Below the pieces are notes generated by a model. That model saw only the letters and a list, made by a program, of their open reading frames with translations. It ran no database searches and was not told the DNA's origin. From NCBI GenBank assembly GCA_964572275.1, contig CAZNED010000001.1:5513-69512 (forward strand): a stretch of DNA of 64,000 nt, given 5' to 3'. Below are positions 1 to 9,584 of this stretch, piece by piece. The translations under genes and the position numbers were made by a program. The stretch comes from an uncultured Candidatus Saccharibacteria bacterium. GTDB lineage: Bacteria; Patescibacteriota; Minisyncoccia; Minisyncoccales; UBA1441. Positions within the stretch are counted from its first letter, which is position 1, and each line of letters begins with the position of its first letter.

Positions 1-1894
1 ACAAATTATTACTTTTGGAACAATGGCTGCCCGAGGATCTATTAGGGATGTCGGTCGAGCCCTCGGTTATAATTACAGTTTTTGCGATCAGATTGCCAAG
101 AGTGTTCCTTTTAATATGAATTTGTCTCAAGCAGTTAATTCTGTTAAGGAATTAAGGGATAAGTATGAAACAGATGAACAGGTTCATCGTCTGATCGATT
201 TAGCTAAAAAGATCGAAGGAACGGCCCGCCATGCCTCAACGCATGCATGCGGCGTAGTCGTCGCGGATCGGCCTCTTTCTGAAATAATTCCTTTACAATT
301 AGCTCCTCAGAAGAAAGAAAATATCGTCACTCAATACAGTATGGAATATGTTGAAGCCTTGGGGTTATTGAAGATGGACTTTTTAGGATTGCGTAACTTA
401 ACTATTATTGAAGAAACTTTGCGCCGAATTTACGCTATTCATAAAATAGATTTAGATATCGAATCGATCCCGTATGATGATAAAAAAACCTATCAATTAT
501 TGCAGAAGGCTGAAACAACTGGCGTCTTTCAATTAGAAAGTAGTGGTATGAAAAGCAATTTAAAACAATTAAAGCCAAATCTGTTTGAAGATATTATTGC
601 TATGGTCGCCTTATACCGCCCCGGCCCCATGCAATTCATTCCTCAATATATTGCTCGCAAGCACGGTCGCGAAAAATTTGAATATCTTCACCCTGATTTA
701 AAAGAAATTCTATCAAATACTTATGGGATTGCTGTTTATCAAGAACAAATTATCCAAATCGCTCATCGCATGGCTGGCTTTACTCTTTCAGAGGCTGATA
801 CTTTACGAAAAGCTATTGGTAAAAAGAAAAAAGATCTTATGGATAAACAACATGACAAATTTATCCAAGGAATGATTAATAATAAAATCTCAGAAAAAAT
901 AGCCAGTGAGATTTGGGATTGGATCATCCCTTTTGCCAGCTATAGTTTTAATTTGGCCCACGCTACCAGCTATGCTACTATCGCCTATCAGACTGCTTAT
1001 TTAAAAGCTCATTATCCCTTGGAATTCATGTCATCATTGCTTACTTCTCATTCTGGGAATAATGAAAAGATCTCCTTTTTAATCCAAGAATGCCGCCGGT
1101 CTGGCATTGATATTTTACCGCCCGACATCAATGAAAGTTTTTCTACTTTTTCCGTAGTGTCTAAAGAAAAATTCATCCGATTTGGATTATCAGCTATTAA
1201 AAATGTAAGTCAAAAAATAATTGAACAAATCATTAGTGAAAGAAAACAAAATGGATATTTCAAATCCGTAGAAGACTTTATAACGCGAACTTGCCATTAC
1301 GGGCTTGATAAGAAATCCCTTGAAAGCATGGCCAGGGCAGGCGTTTTCGATAGTTTAATCGAGCGGGGTAAAATAGTGAATAATATCAAAAATCTTATGG
1401 ACTGCGCCCAGGAAATCAAAAAACAGGGGTTGAACCAGCAGGCAAGCCTTTTCCAAAACATAACACTGAAACCATCTATTAATTTTCATCAAGGAGATGC
1501 TATTACCGTTTTAGATAAATTAAATTGGGAAAAAGAATTGCTCGGCTTATATATCAGTGCTCATCCTTTGAACCAATATGAAAAAATGTTGGCAAAGATA
1601 ACGACGCCTCTGAAAGATATTAATGAGTCATTAGTCGGTAAAATGATTCGAGTTGGCGGAATTATAAATAAAATCAATCGTATTATTACCAAAAATAATG
1701 AAAGAATGATGTTTGTTGAATTAGAAGATTTAACTGATAAAATGGAGATTGTTATATTTCCTCGCGTTCTAGATAGTTATGCTAAAATATTCATAGAGGG
1801 TAATATCGTCCTCATTAAAGGACGGGTTGATCATCGCAACGGATCCCTCCAAATGATCGGAGAATCAGCCGAAGAATTAATTGTTCGAGATTAA
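1..1894 (+). CDS. dnaE: DNA polymerase III alpha subunit, C-terminal ~630 aa (5' end outside window)
   Basis: Frame is open back to nt 2 (QIITFGTMAARGSIRDVGRALG). DnaE motifs LLKMDFLGLRNL, GVFQLESSGM, ALYRPGPM, plus a C-terminal OB-fold region. Confidence 0.93.
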   Translation, partial: QIITFGTMAARGSIRDVGRALGYNYSFCDQIAKSVPFNMNLSQAVNSVKELRDKYETDEQVHRLIDLAKKIEGTARHASTHACGVVVADRPLSEIIPLQLAPQKKENIVTQYSMEYVEALGLLKMDFLGLRNLTIIEETLRRIYAIHKIDLDIESIPYDDKKTYQLLQKAETTGVFQLESSGMKSNLKQLKPNLFEDIIAMVALYRPGPMQFIPQYIARKHGREKFEYLHPDLKEILSNTYGIAVYQEQIIQIAHRMAGFTLSEADTLRKAIGKKKKDLMDKQHDKFIQGMINNKISEKIASEIWDWIIPFASYSFNLAHATSYATIAYQTAYLKAHYPLEFMSSLLTSHSGNNEKISFLIQECRRSGIDILPPDINESFSTFSVVSKEKFIRFGLSAIKNVSQKIIEQIISERKQNGYFKSVEDFITRTCHYGLDKKSLESMARAGVFDSLIERGKIVNNIKNLMDCAQEIKKQGLNQQASLFQNITLKPSINFHQGDAITVLDKLNWEKELLGLYISAHPLNQYEKMLAKITTPLKDINESLVGKMIRVGGIINKINRIITKNNERMMFVELEDLTDKMEIVIFPRVLDSYAKIFIEGNIVLIKGRVDHRNGSLQMIGESAEELIVRD

Positions 1895-1897
1895 AGT

Positions 1898-3631
1898 ATG
1901 GATTTAGAGATAATAAGACATTCGCTTTCTCATATCATGGCTGCTGCACTTCAGGAACTTTATCCTGATATAAAATTTGGAATTGGACCAAGCATTGAAA
2001 ATGGATTTTATTATGATATCGATCTAAAACGAAGTATCGCACCAGATGACTTGCAGGTCATTACCGACAAGATGAAAAAGATCATTAAACAAGGCCTATT
2101 ATTTGAAAAAGAGACAGTAGATCGTAATCAAGCATTGAAAATTTTCAGCAATCAGCCTTATAAAATAGAATTAATAAATGAACTGCCTGATGAAGAAATT
2201 AATATTTATCGACTAGGTGATTTTGTGGATCTCTGCCGCGGACCGCATATATCATCCACAGCAGAGATAGATCCTCAATCGTTTCACCTCCATTCGATTG
2301 CCGGAGCTTATTGGCGAGGAGATGAAAAAAATTCTATGCTTCAGAGAATTTATGGTTACGCTATGGCCTCTAAAGAAAAACTCGATGTATTTCTTAATCA
2401 ATTGTCTGAAGCCCAAAAAAGAGATCATCGTTTGATCGGAAAAAAACTAGAATTATTCCAATTTGATGACAAGCTCGGCCCAGGTTTAGTTATTTGGCTT
2501 CCGCGAGGATCTATGCTGAAAAGAATTGTTCAAAATTTTGTATTTGAGAAATATTTAGAGAATGGATATCAATCGGTAGATACGCCTCATATTGCCCGTT
2601 TAAATTTATGGCAAACATCCGGACATGCTGATTTTTATCGCGAAAGTATGTTTCCTGCTATGCATTTACAGGAAATTTCTGAAGAAGAAAACGATGATTA
2701 TCAATTACGTCCGATGAATTGTCCATTTCATATTTTGGCTTATCAGAATAAGCCTCGCAGTTATAGAGATTTACCTATACGTTATGCTGAATTGGGTACA
2801 GTGTATCGATATGAGAAATCGGGTGTCCTGCATGGTCTAACTAGAGTCAGAGGATTCACTCAAGACGATGCTCATATATGGTGTACAATTGAGCAATTAC
2901 CAAGTGAGATCAAAAACACTCTAGATTTGGCTTTAGAAATATTGGGGGATTTTGGGTTTAAAGAATATGATATTTACCTTTCAACTTGTCCTGAAAAATA
3001 TATAGGGAGTAAAGAAATCTGGGATAAGGCCACTAATATCTTACGAGAGACCCTCGACAAACAGAAGATTAATTACCAGATTGACGAGGCTGGTGGCGCC
3101 TTTTATGGTCCAAAAATAGATATCAAAATTAAAGATTCTATCGGGCGCAGTTGGCAATGCACGACTATCCAAGTTGACTTTAATTTACCCGAAAAATTCG
3201 ATCTTTCTTTTACGAATAAAGATGGTAAATCTGAAAGACCAATTATGATCCATCGAGCATTACTTGGCGCCCTAGAGCGATTCATTGGTGTTTTGATTGA
3301 ACACTATGGAGGACAATTCCCTCTTTGGCTCAGCCCCACGCAAGTTATGATTATTCCTATCGCAGATCGTCATATTGAATATGCTCAAAAAATTTCTCAT
3401 GAACTTAGCAAGCAATCTTTTCGAGTTGCCATAGATAATGAAGCTAAAACAGTCAATAAAAAAATATTACAATCAGAAGAACAACAAATTCCGTTTATCG
3501 TAGTCGTTGGTAATAAAGAAATTCAAAATAATACAGTTAGTGTCCGCGAAAGGCATAAGCCAGATTTATCTGTCTTGAAGATAGAAGAATTCATAAAACT
3601 ACTCTCTAATAGAATCAAAGATAAAACTTAA
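1898..3631 (+). CDS. thrS: Threonyl-tRNA synthetase (no N-terminal TGS domain)
   Basis: Starts at the editing-domain HxxxH (RHSLSHIM). Class II motifs HRLIGKKLELF, RGFTQDDAHIW, RPIMIHRALLGALERF, then an anticodon-binding domain. Confidence 0.93.
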   Translation: MDLEIIRHSLSHIMAAALQELYPDIKFGIGPSIENGFYYDIDLKRSIAPDDLQVITDKMKKIIKQGLLFEKETVDRNQALKIFSNQPYKIELINELPDEEINIYRLGDFVDLCRGPHISSTAEIDPQSFHLHSIAGAYWRGDEKNSMLQRIYGYAMASKEKLDVFLNQLSEAQKRDHRLIGKKLELFQFDDKLGPGLVIWLPRGSMLKRIVQNFVFEKYLENGYQSVDTPHIARLNLWQTSGHADFYRESMFPAMHLQEISEEENDDYQLRPMNCPFHILAYQNKPRSYRDLPIRYAELGTVYRYEKSGVLHGLTRVRGFTQDDAHIWCTIEQLPSEIKNTLDLALEILGDFGFKEYDIYLSTCPEKYIGSKEIWDKATNILRETLDKQKINYQIDEAGGAFYGPKIDIKIKDSIGRSWQCTTIQVDFNLPEKFDLSFTNKDGKSERPIMIHRALLGALERFIGVLIEHYGGQFPLWLSPTQVMIIPIADRHIEYAQKISHELSKQSFRVAIDNEAKTVNKKILQSEEQQIPFIVVVGNKEIQNNTVSVRERHKPDLSVLKIEEFIKLLSNRIKDKT

Positions 3632-5035
3632 ATGATTTTAGAGAATAGATCAGATAATCCTCTATACTTTCTCGAAACTTTTGGTTGTCAGATGAACATA
3701 TCTGATTCTGAACGCATTGCAGGATTATTAGAAAAAAAAGGTTATGTCCACACAAATGAAATATGGAAAGCTGATTTGATACTGGTTAATATGTGTTCGA
3801 TCAGAAAATCAGCTGTGCACCGCGTGCATGGATTAGTGCAGATGATAATTAAATTAAAAAAAAATAAGCAAGAGTTAAAATCAATATTAACAGGTTGCTT
3901 CTTGAATCACCCAGAGCAAAAATCTTTTCTTAAAACTTTTGATATAGTTTGTAAGATAGATGAATTATTTGAAGCAAACGCACATTATTTGCTGTCAAAA
4001 CCAAAAAATCTGTCCCCATTCCAAGCATATGTTCCTATAATGACTGGGTGTAATAATTTTTGCACATATTGCGTAGTTCCCTATACTCGCGGAAGAGAAT
4101 ATAGCCGCCCCGCTCAAGAAATAATTGAAGAAATAAAATCATTAATTCAACGCGGATTTAAAGAAATTTGGCTTTTAGGGCAGAATGTGAACAGTTATCA
4201 GGATTTATCGAATGATTTTGTTATCGATTTTGCCCTCTTATTAAGCAAAATTAACAATCTACATGGAGATTTTTGGCTATACTTTACATCTTCCCATCCA
4301 AAAGATTTCTCAGATCGCGTTATCAAGGTTATGGCTAAATCTAAAAAAATAGCTCCATATCTCAATCTTCCCGTGCAATCAGGAGATAAACATATTCTGA
4401 ACAAGATGAACCGATCTTATACTCCAAATGATTATATGAAGAAAATAAAGAAAGTTCGTGATGCTTTTCAACAACATCGTATTGGGCTGGAATCAAAAAT
4501 AGCAATATCAACAGATATTATTGTTGGGTTTCCAGGAGAAAATAAATGGCGTTTTTTAAAAACCGGTTATTTAATGAAAAAAATTGGTTTTGATATGGCC
4601 TACATCTCTCGATATTCTCCCCGCCCATTTACAGTGGCAGGATCGTTGCATGATAATGTTTCAAATAAAGAAAAAGGGCGGCGTGAAAAAATATTAAATA
4701 ACATTCTAAAAAAGACAGCTCTAAAAAATAATCAATTTTATATTAATAGCATACTGCCTGTTTTAATTATTGAGATGCACAAATCAGAAAAATATCTAAT
4801 CGGAAGATCTCGAGCTCATAAGAAAGTTAAAGTCAAGAGTAATCATAGAGATTTGATTGGTCAAATAGTAAATGTTCATATAATCAATGCACATCCTTGG
4901 GGATTATTTGGCGATATATGGAGCAAGGGGCTTGTCTCTACCTCAGAACAAGCCCCCTCTACCCACTCATCAATCGGACGATTGTCACGATCGCCGTCAG
5001 GATGCCCACTTTCACGATTGCTCCGACAGAGATAG
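3632..5035 (+). CDS. miaB: tRNA methylthiotransferase MiaB-like (radical SAM); last ~38 codons read into a GC-rich island
   Basis: FGCQMNISDSE N-terminal motif, radical-SAM CNNFCTYCVVP, TRAM-like C-terminus, adjacent to miaA. From ~4921 the ORF runs antisense through the neighbour's terminator and 3' end. Confidence 0.8.
   Translation: MILENRSDNPLYFLETFGCQMNISDSERIAGLLEKKGYVHTNEIWKADLILVNMCSIRKSAVHRVHGLVQMIIKLKKNKQELKSILTGCFLNHPEQKSFLKTFDIVCKIDELFEANAHYLLSKPKNLSPFQAYVPIMTGCNNFCTYCVVPYTRGREYSRPAQEIIEEIKSLIQRGFKEIWLLGQNVNSYQDLSNDFVIDFALLLSKINNLHGDFWLYFTSSHPKDFSDRVIKVMAKSKKIAPYLNLPVQSGDKHILNKMNRSYTPNDYMKKIKKVRDAFQQHRIGLESKIAISTDIIVGFPGENKWRFLKTGYLMKKIGFDMAYISRYSPRPFTVAGSLHDNVSNKEKGRREKILNNILKKTALKNNQFYINSILPVLIIEMHKSEKYLIGRSRAHKKVKVKSNHRDLIGQIVNVHIINAHPWGLFGDIWSKGLVSTSEQAPSTHSSIGRLSRSPSGCPLSRLLRQR
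4927..4956 (-). terminator. Perfect 9-bp GC-rich hairpin directly after the stop of the 4959..5405 gene
   Basis: GGGGCTTGT (4927-4935) / ACAAGCCCC (4948-4956) with a 12-nt loop, 2 nt from the TAG stop. The downstream U-tract on the minus strand is weak (ttgctcc). Confidence 0.5.
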
Positions 5036-5405
5036 CGATCGACGCACGGACACTCTTCGTAGCGACCGCATAGAAGATCGTCCCGGCAGTCACATATGGG
5101 ACGAATGGTATCAGATTCAGTAAGAAGATAATCACATACTTGTATCGATATCTTCTCAAGTATTCTACCATTCGCCGCCCATTACCCTCCTGGTGTGCCA
5201 AAGCCATGTCGATGCGCTTCTTGATGACGGACGAGACTCCCAGTTTCTGGCTCATAAAGACCAAAAACGCGGAAATCACTATCGGTGCCACTGAGTTGAT
5301 TATGGCTGACCCGATGGTCAACAGCATTGGCTCCCACGATCCTCCCTGAGATACTTGGGAGCATAGCCACACATCTGGCACAAAGTACCAGGCAATCCAC
5401 CCCAT
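4959..5405 (-). CDS. GC-rich island A: 148-aa multi-pass membrane protein, possibly small multidrug-export (COG2426/PF06695)-like
   Basis: ATG is preceded by AAGGAGG (5412-5418) at 6-nt spacing. Hydrophobic segments are present, and IPFVPYVTAGTIFYAVATKSVRASIAISVGAIV resembles the IPLPGTGAWTG core of that family. The family assignment is weak. Confidence 0.6.
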   Translation of the reverse strand: MGWIAWYFVPDVWLCSQVSQGGSWEPMLLTIGSAIINSVAPIVISAFLVFMSQKLGVSSVIKKRIDMALAHQEGNGRRMVEYLRRYRYKYVIIFLLNLIPFVPYVTAGTIFYAVATKSVRASIAISVGAIVKVGILTAIVTIVRLMSG

Positions 5406-5440
5406 AGCTCGCCTCCTTATGCTGTCCCGATCCTAATTTT

Positions 5441-5468
5441 ATTCTATAATAAAAGATGATGTCGTCAA
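5441..5468 (-). promoter_or_regulatory. sigma70-like promoter for island A gene (TTGACG-16-TAGAAT)
   Basis: On the minus strand, TTGACG at 5468-5463 and TAGAAT at 5446-5441. The -35 overlaps the first codons of divergent miaA. Confidence 0.45.
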
Positions 5469-6355
5469 TAAGCAAAAAGAAAATAATAACTATCCTTGGC
5501 CCGACTGCTAGCGGGAAGAGTAATTTTGGTGTTAAGCTGGCCCTGAAATTTAATGGTGAAATTATTTCAGCCGATTCTCGGCAAGTTTATGAAGGACTAA
5601 ATATAGGATCTAATAAAATTACAAAACAGGAAATGTGCGGGATAGAACATCATTTAATAGACGTCGCATCTCCCCGAATTGACTTTAATATTTTTCGCTA
5701 TCAAAAATTAGCCTATATAGCGATTAATAAAATACTCAAAAAAGAGAAACTGCCATTTCTTGTCGGTGGATCGCCTTTATATATTTATGCTATTACTGAA
5801 GGATGGTGTTTTCCATCTGTTCCGAGAAATAGTTCCTTGAGAAAGGAATTATCTCAAAAAAAAACTGATGAACTCTTAGAAATATTACAAAATTTAGACC
5901 CAAGTTATATTTCAAAAATAGATCCCTTAAATCCACGGCGTTTAATCCGGGCTATTGAAATAGCTAAAGTATTAGGAAAAGTGCCAAAGTTGAAAAAAAA
6001 TCCTCGGTTTCAGACTCTGTTTATTGGATTAAATTCCTCTTTGGAGCAATTACGAAAAAATATTGAGGAAAGATTAGATTCCAGAATCAAAAAAGGTTTA
6101 ATTAATGAGATTAAGAATCTAAACAAACAAAGGATATCGTGGAAAAGGCTTGAGAGTTTCGGGCTAGAATATCGATGGGTTGCTTTCTATTTGCAGGGGA
6201 GAATCGATCAAATAGAAATGTCACAAGGGATCGTGAGCGATAGTATGAAATTAATCAAGCATCAGATGGCATGGTTTAAAAAAGACTCTCGGATTTCCTG
6301 GATTAATAATAAAGAAGAATCCGAGCAGATTATCAAAAAATTCCTAATGAATTAA
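5456..6355 (+). CDS. miaA: tRNA dimethylallyltransferase
   Basis: P-loop GPTASGKS, SADSRQVY, GGSPLYI motifs. Confidence 0.92.
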   Translation: MMSSISKKKIITILGPTASGKSNFGVKLALKFNGEIISADSRQVYEGLNIGSNKITKQEMCGIEHHLIDVASPRIDFNIFRYQKLAYIAINKILKKEKLPFLVGGSPLYIYAITEGWCFPSVPRNSSLRKELSQKKTDELLEILQNLDPSYISKIDPLNPRRLIRAIEIAKVLGKVPKLKKNPRFQTLFIGLNSSLEQLRKNIEERLDSRIKKGLINEIKNLNKQRISWKRLESFGLEYRWVAFYLQGRIDQIEMSQGIVSDSMKLIKHQMAWFKKDSRISWINNKEESEQIIKKFLMN

Positions 6356-7845
6356 GATTTATTCAATTCTTCTTCCGTTATCTTTCTAGCCAAGTCAGGC
6401 TCTATCGTTCCTCTTGTTTTCTTCATTAATTGCCCGATCAAAAATTGCATAACTGATAGTTTCCCTTTTTTGTAATCATCTTTTAATTTCGGATATTCTG
6501 ATAGAATCTCTGAAACAAGCGGTCTTATCGCTGATTCATCATTGATTTGAGCTAAATTTTTACTTTCAATAATATGTGAAGGATCTCGACCAGTATTGAA
6601 CATTTCTCTTAAAACATCTTTAGCGATGCGAGAAGATATCTTATTTTGAAATATCAATATGATCAATTCAGCAAAATTCTCTGGTGTGATTTTAATGTCA
6701 TTTATCGACACTCCATTGAGCATGCTCTTAAGATCTGTCGTTAAATAATTTAAAAGAAGCTTTATTAATATTCCTGATTTATCATGACTTATTTTTTCAT
6801 CTTTCATCCAAGATAAAAGTTCGCTAGCCGTTTTTTCAAAATAATAACCAAGATTAATATCACGAATCAACGATTCAAAATCACCGCTTTCAGAACGAAA
6901 TTCTGATGCAGAATCAACAAAAAAATATTCTTTAGCAAACCTTTGCCTCTTAATCTCTGGTAATTCTGGTAAATTATTTTTAATATCCTCAATTTCTTTT
7001 TCGCTTAACCTTATTGGAGGCAAATCAGGTTCAGGGAAATAACGATATTCTTGGGCAATCTCTTTTTTCCTCTGCAAAATAGTTATTTGACCATCCCATC
7101 CTCGTGTTTCCTGCGCAACCTTTTTCCCGCAATTAATTAGATCAGACTGTCTCGCGATCTCATAATCAATAGCATTTCGGACTGCATGAAAAGAATTTAT
7201 ATTTTTCAATTCGACCTTAGTGCCAGAAGCGTGAATGTCTTTTTCGGGTTGGACGGAAACATTGGCTTCAATGCGCATCTCTCCTTTTTCCATATCAGCA
7301 TCAGATGCATTAAGGTATCTTAAAATTAATTGAAGCTCTCGCGAAAATTCATCGACTTCTTTTCCGTCACAAAAATCCGGTTCTGTCACTAATTCCATTA
7401 AAGGCAATCCTGCTCTATTAAAATCAACCAATGATATCCCCTTTTCATGCGCAAGGCGACCAGTATCTTCCTCTAGATGTATCCTTTGTATTCTTATTTT
7501 TCGGTTAGATATATTTAAAAATCCGTTAGAACATAAGGGGTTATCTGATTGAGAAATCTGATATCCTTTAGGTAGGTCAGCATAAAAATAACTTTTGCGA
7601 GTAAATTCAGATTTACTGGAAATTTCGCAATTTAAAGCCAAACCTACTTGAACTACTTTTTTTACGGCTTCAGCATTAGCTGTTGGTAAAGTTCCAGGAT
7701 GTCCGAGACAAATAGGACATATATTTACATTGGGTGTTGTCTCATTTGGATCATTAGCGCAAGCACAGAACATTTTGCTCAATGTCCTTAATTGAACATG
7801 GATTTCAAGACCGATAACTGATTTCAATCTATCCGATTCATGCAT
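6352..7845 (-). CDS. gatB: Asp/Glu-tRNA amidotransferase subunit B
   Basis: VIGLEIHVQL, CPICLGHPGTLP, RIEANVS motifs and a C-terminal GatB/YqeY domain. Confidence 0.93.
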   Translation of the reverse strand: MHESDRLKSVIGLEIHVQLRTLSKMFCACANDPNETTPNVNICPICLGHPGTLPTANAEAVKKVVQVGLALNCEISSKSEFTRKSYFYADLPKGYQISQSDNPLCSNGFLNISNRKIRIQRIHLEEDTGRLAHEKGISLVDFNRAGLPLMELVTEPDFCDGKEVDEFSRELQLILRYLNASDADMEKGEMRIEANVSVQPEKDIHASGTKVELKNINSFHAVRNAIDYEIARQSDLINCGKKVAQETRGWDGQITILQRKKEIAQEYRYFPEPDLPPIRLSEKEIEDIKNNLPELPEIKRQRFAKEYFFVDSASEFRSESGDFESLIRDINLGYYFEKTASELLSWMKDEKISHDKSGILIKLLLNYLTTDLKSMLNGVSINDIKITPENFAELIILIFQNKISSRIAKDVLREMFNTGRDPSHIIESKNLAQINDESAIRPLVSEILSEYPKLKDDYKKGKLSVMQFLIGQLMKKTRGTIEPDLARKITEEELNKS

Positions 7846-7850
7846 ATTAA

Positions 7851-7924
7851 TGGAGCCGCCTGCAGGAATTGAACCCGCGTCTGTGGTTTACAAAACCACT
7901 GCTTTACCACTAAGCTAAGGCGGC
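7851..7924 (-). tRNA. tRNA-Thr (anticodon UGU), CCA encoded
   Basis: Hand-folded cloverleaf: acceptor GCCGCCT/AGGCGGC, anticodon stem GTGGT/ACCAC with loop TTTGTAA, T-arm GCGGG-TTCAATT-CCTGC, 3' TCCA. Confidence 0.9.
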
Positions 7925-7927
7925 TTT

Positions 7928-8137
7928 TTAATGATTCCTGTTTATTCTATCCCAAAAGTCTGCCCGTAATCTAGGTTCTTCTAGGAATTTTTTTGGAGAT
8001 AACATATTACTCTCCGATAATGATGATTTGGAAAAATCTTCGTTTTGATTGAACCGATAAAATTTATCCCACACTATAACAATTAAACCAACAATGCTGG
8101 AAATAACTATCAAATAAAGACCAATTTGATAATCCAT
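7928..8137 (-). CDS. Small single-TM membrane protein, unknown function
   Basis: 69-aa ORF with an N-terminal hydrophobic helix (IGLYLIVISSIVGLIVIVW). No recognisable family. Confidence 0.4.
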   Translation of the reverse strand: MDYQIGLYLIVISSIVGLIVIVWDKFYRFNQNEDFSKSSLSESNMLSPKKFLEEPRLRADFWDRINRNH

Positions 8138-8142
8138 AAAGA

Positions 8143-8724
8143 TTATATCTCAAAACGAGCAAAGTTACTCACTTCTATTTTTTCACCCAGCTGTGAAATC
8201 AATTCATCTATCAAATCTTGGATACGCTTGCTATCGTCTTTAATCCATTTTTGCTGCAATAATACTATTTCAGCATACCATTTTTCTAACTTCCCCAAAA
8301 CAATTTTATCAAACATTTCTGTTGGTTTACCAGAATCTTTCATTTGATCCAAATAAATTTCTTTCTCTTTCTTTAAAATTTGTTCAGGAATATCTCCTTG
8401 TGTGACATAAATAGGGTTCATAGCCGCAATTTGCATTGCTATTTCCTGGACTAAATTCTGAAATTTTTCAGATTTAGCAACAAAATCAGATTCGCATCTC
8501 ATTTCAAGCAGTACTCCCACTCTCCCGTTTGCATGAATATAGCTACTGACTAGGCCCTGATTGGTTTTCCGCATTGATTTACTAACTGCAATCTCCCTCC
8601 CTTTCTTCTTTAATATTTCTTTGGCTTTTTCTATATCACCTCCCGATTCTTCTAACGCTTCCTTGCATTCAGATACACCAATGCCTGTTTCTTCTCTTAA
8701 TTTTTTAATTTGGTCTAATGACAT
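8143..8724 (-). CDS. tsf: Elongation factor Ts
   Basis: The internal ATG at 8724 gives MSLDQIKKLREETGIGVSECKEAL (UBA-like EF-Ts N-terminus). It starts 1 nt after the rpsB stop. Confidence 0.92.
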   Translation of the reverse strand: MSLDQIKKLREETGIGVSECKEALEESGGDIEKAKEILKKKGREIAVSKSMRKTNQGLVSSYIHANGRVGVLLEMRCESDFVAKSEKFQNLVQEIAMQIAAMNPIYVTQGDIPEQILKKEKEIYLDQMKDSGKPTEMFDKIVLGKLEKWYAEIVLLQQKWIKDDSKRIQDLIDELISQLGEKIEVSNFARFEI

Positions 8725-8725
8725 A

Positions 8726-9409
8726 TTAATTAAATATCTTTTTAACTTCTTCCAGAATAAAAGCAACACTTGAAAGCGCATCATCATTGGCAGGAATAGG
8801 ATAATCAACAATGGTAGGATTGAGATTCGTATCTACAAGAGCAATTGATTTTATCCCTTTACGAAGTGCTTCTCGGGCAGCTAATTCATTTTTATCTAAA
8901 TCAAAAATAAAGACAGCTGCTGGCAATTCTTTCATCATCTTCAATCCTTGAAAATTTTTCCGTAACCTTTCAATCTCTTGGTCGATAACCAACCTTTCTT
9001 TCTTAGTATAATGATCGAATCCGCCTTTATCGCGCTTTTCCTCTTTCTCAATCAATTCTTTAACGCGGCGGGATATAACTTTAAAATTTGTCAAAGTTCC
9101 ACCTAACCAACGCTCATGCACATAAGGCATGTTACACTTCTGAGCTATTTCTGCGACAGATTTACGAATTTGAATTTTAGTGCCCACAAATAATACTTGT
9201 TTTCCTTCTTTTTTAATGCTTTGCAAAAACTCTAATGATGCTTTTAATTTTTCAGCTGTTTGTATTAAATCAATCAAGTAAATCCCCATTTTCATCCCTG
9301 AGATATAAGGTTTCATCTTAGGATGCAAACGCGCGCTACGGTGTCCATATTCCACCCCAGCATCCATCATGCTTTTTATTAGCTTTTCATCAATTTGATT
9401 ATTATTCAT
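8726..9409 (-). CDS. rpsB: 30S ribosomal protein S2
   Basis: GVEYGHRSARLHPKMKPYI, FVGTK, ERWLGGTLTNF motifs. Start is trimmed to the ATG at 9409. Confidence 0.93.
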   Translation of the reverse strand: MNNNQIDEKLIKSMMDAGVEYGHRSARLHPKMKPYISGMKMGIYLIDLIQTAEKLKASLEFLQSIKKEGKQVLFVGTKIQIRKSVAEIAQKCNMPYVHERWLGGTLTNFKVISRRVKELIEKEEKRDKGGFDHYTKKERLVIDQEIERLRKNFQGLKMMKELPAAVFIFDLDKNELAAREALRKGIKSIALVDTNLNPTIVDYPIPANDDALSSVAFILEEVKKIFN

Positions 9410-9584
9410 GCTTTTAAGAAATCTTAGAAAAATGAAGAACGGCCTCAAAAGAAGCCGGCCAGTCGCTTAATTACAACTTGGCGTTAATATTCCTCAGCTA
9501 AGATAGCATAAATTATCATAAGAATCAATAAGATATGTTTATAAAACTTGATTTTAAATAATATTTTGATAAGCTGAGAACATT

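Noticed and set aside
4887-5475. Alternative ORFs in island A (4887..5123+, 5140..5349+, 5182..5475-).
   Set aside because: They have no SD or start context and their products are low-complexity. The 4959..5405 frame has AAGGAGG-N6-ATG and membrane-protein character.
8725-8811. N-terminal extensions in the ORF track for tsf, rpsB, rpsD, rplN, alaS, rpsG, rplB, nifS, tgt and uppP.
   Set aside because: The extensions overlap the upstream gene and add hydrophobic or low-complexity residues absent from these families. Internal ATGs give canonical N-termini and abut the upstream stop codons.
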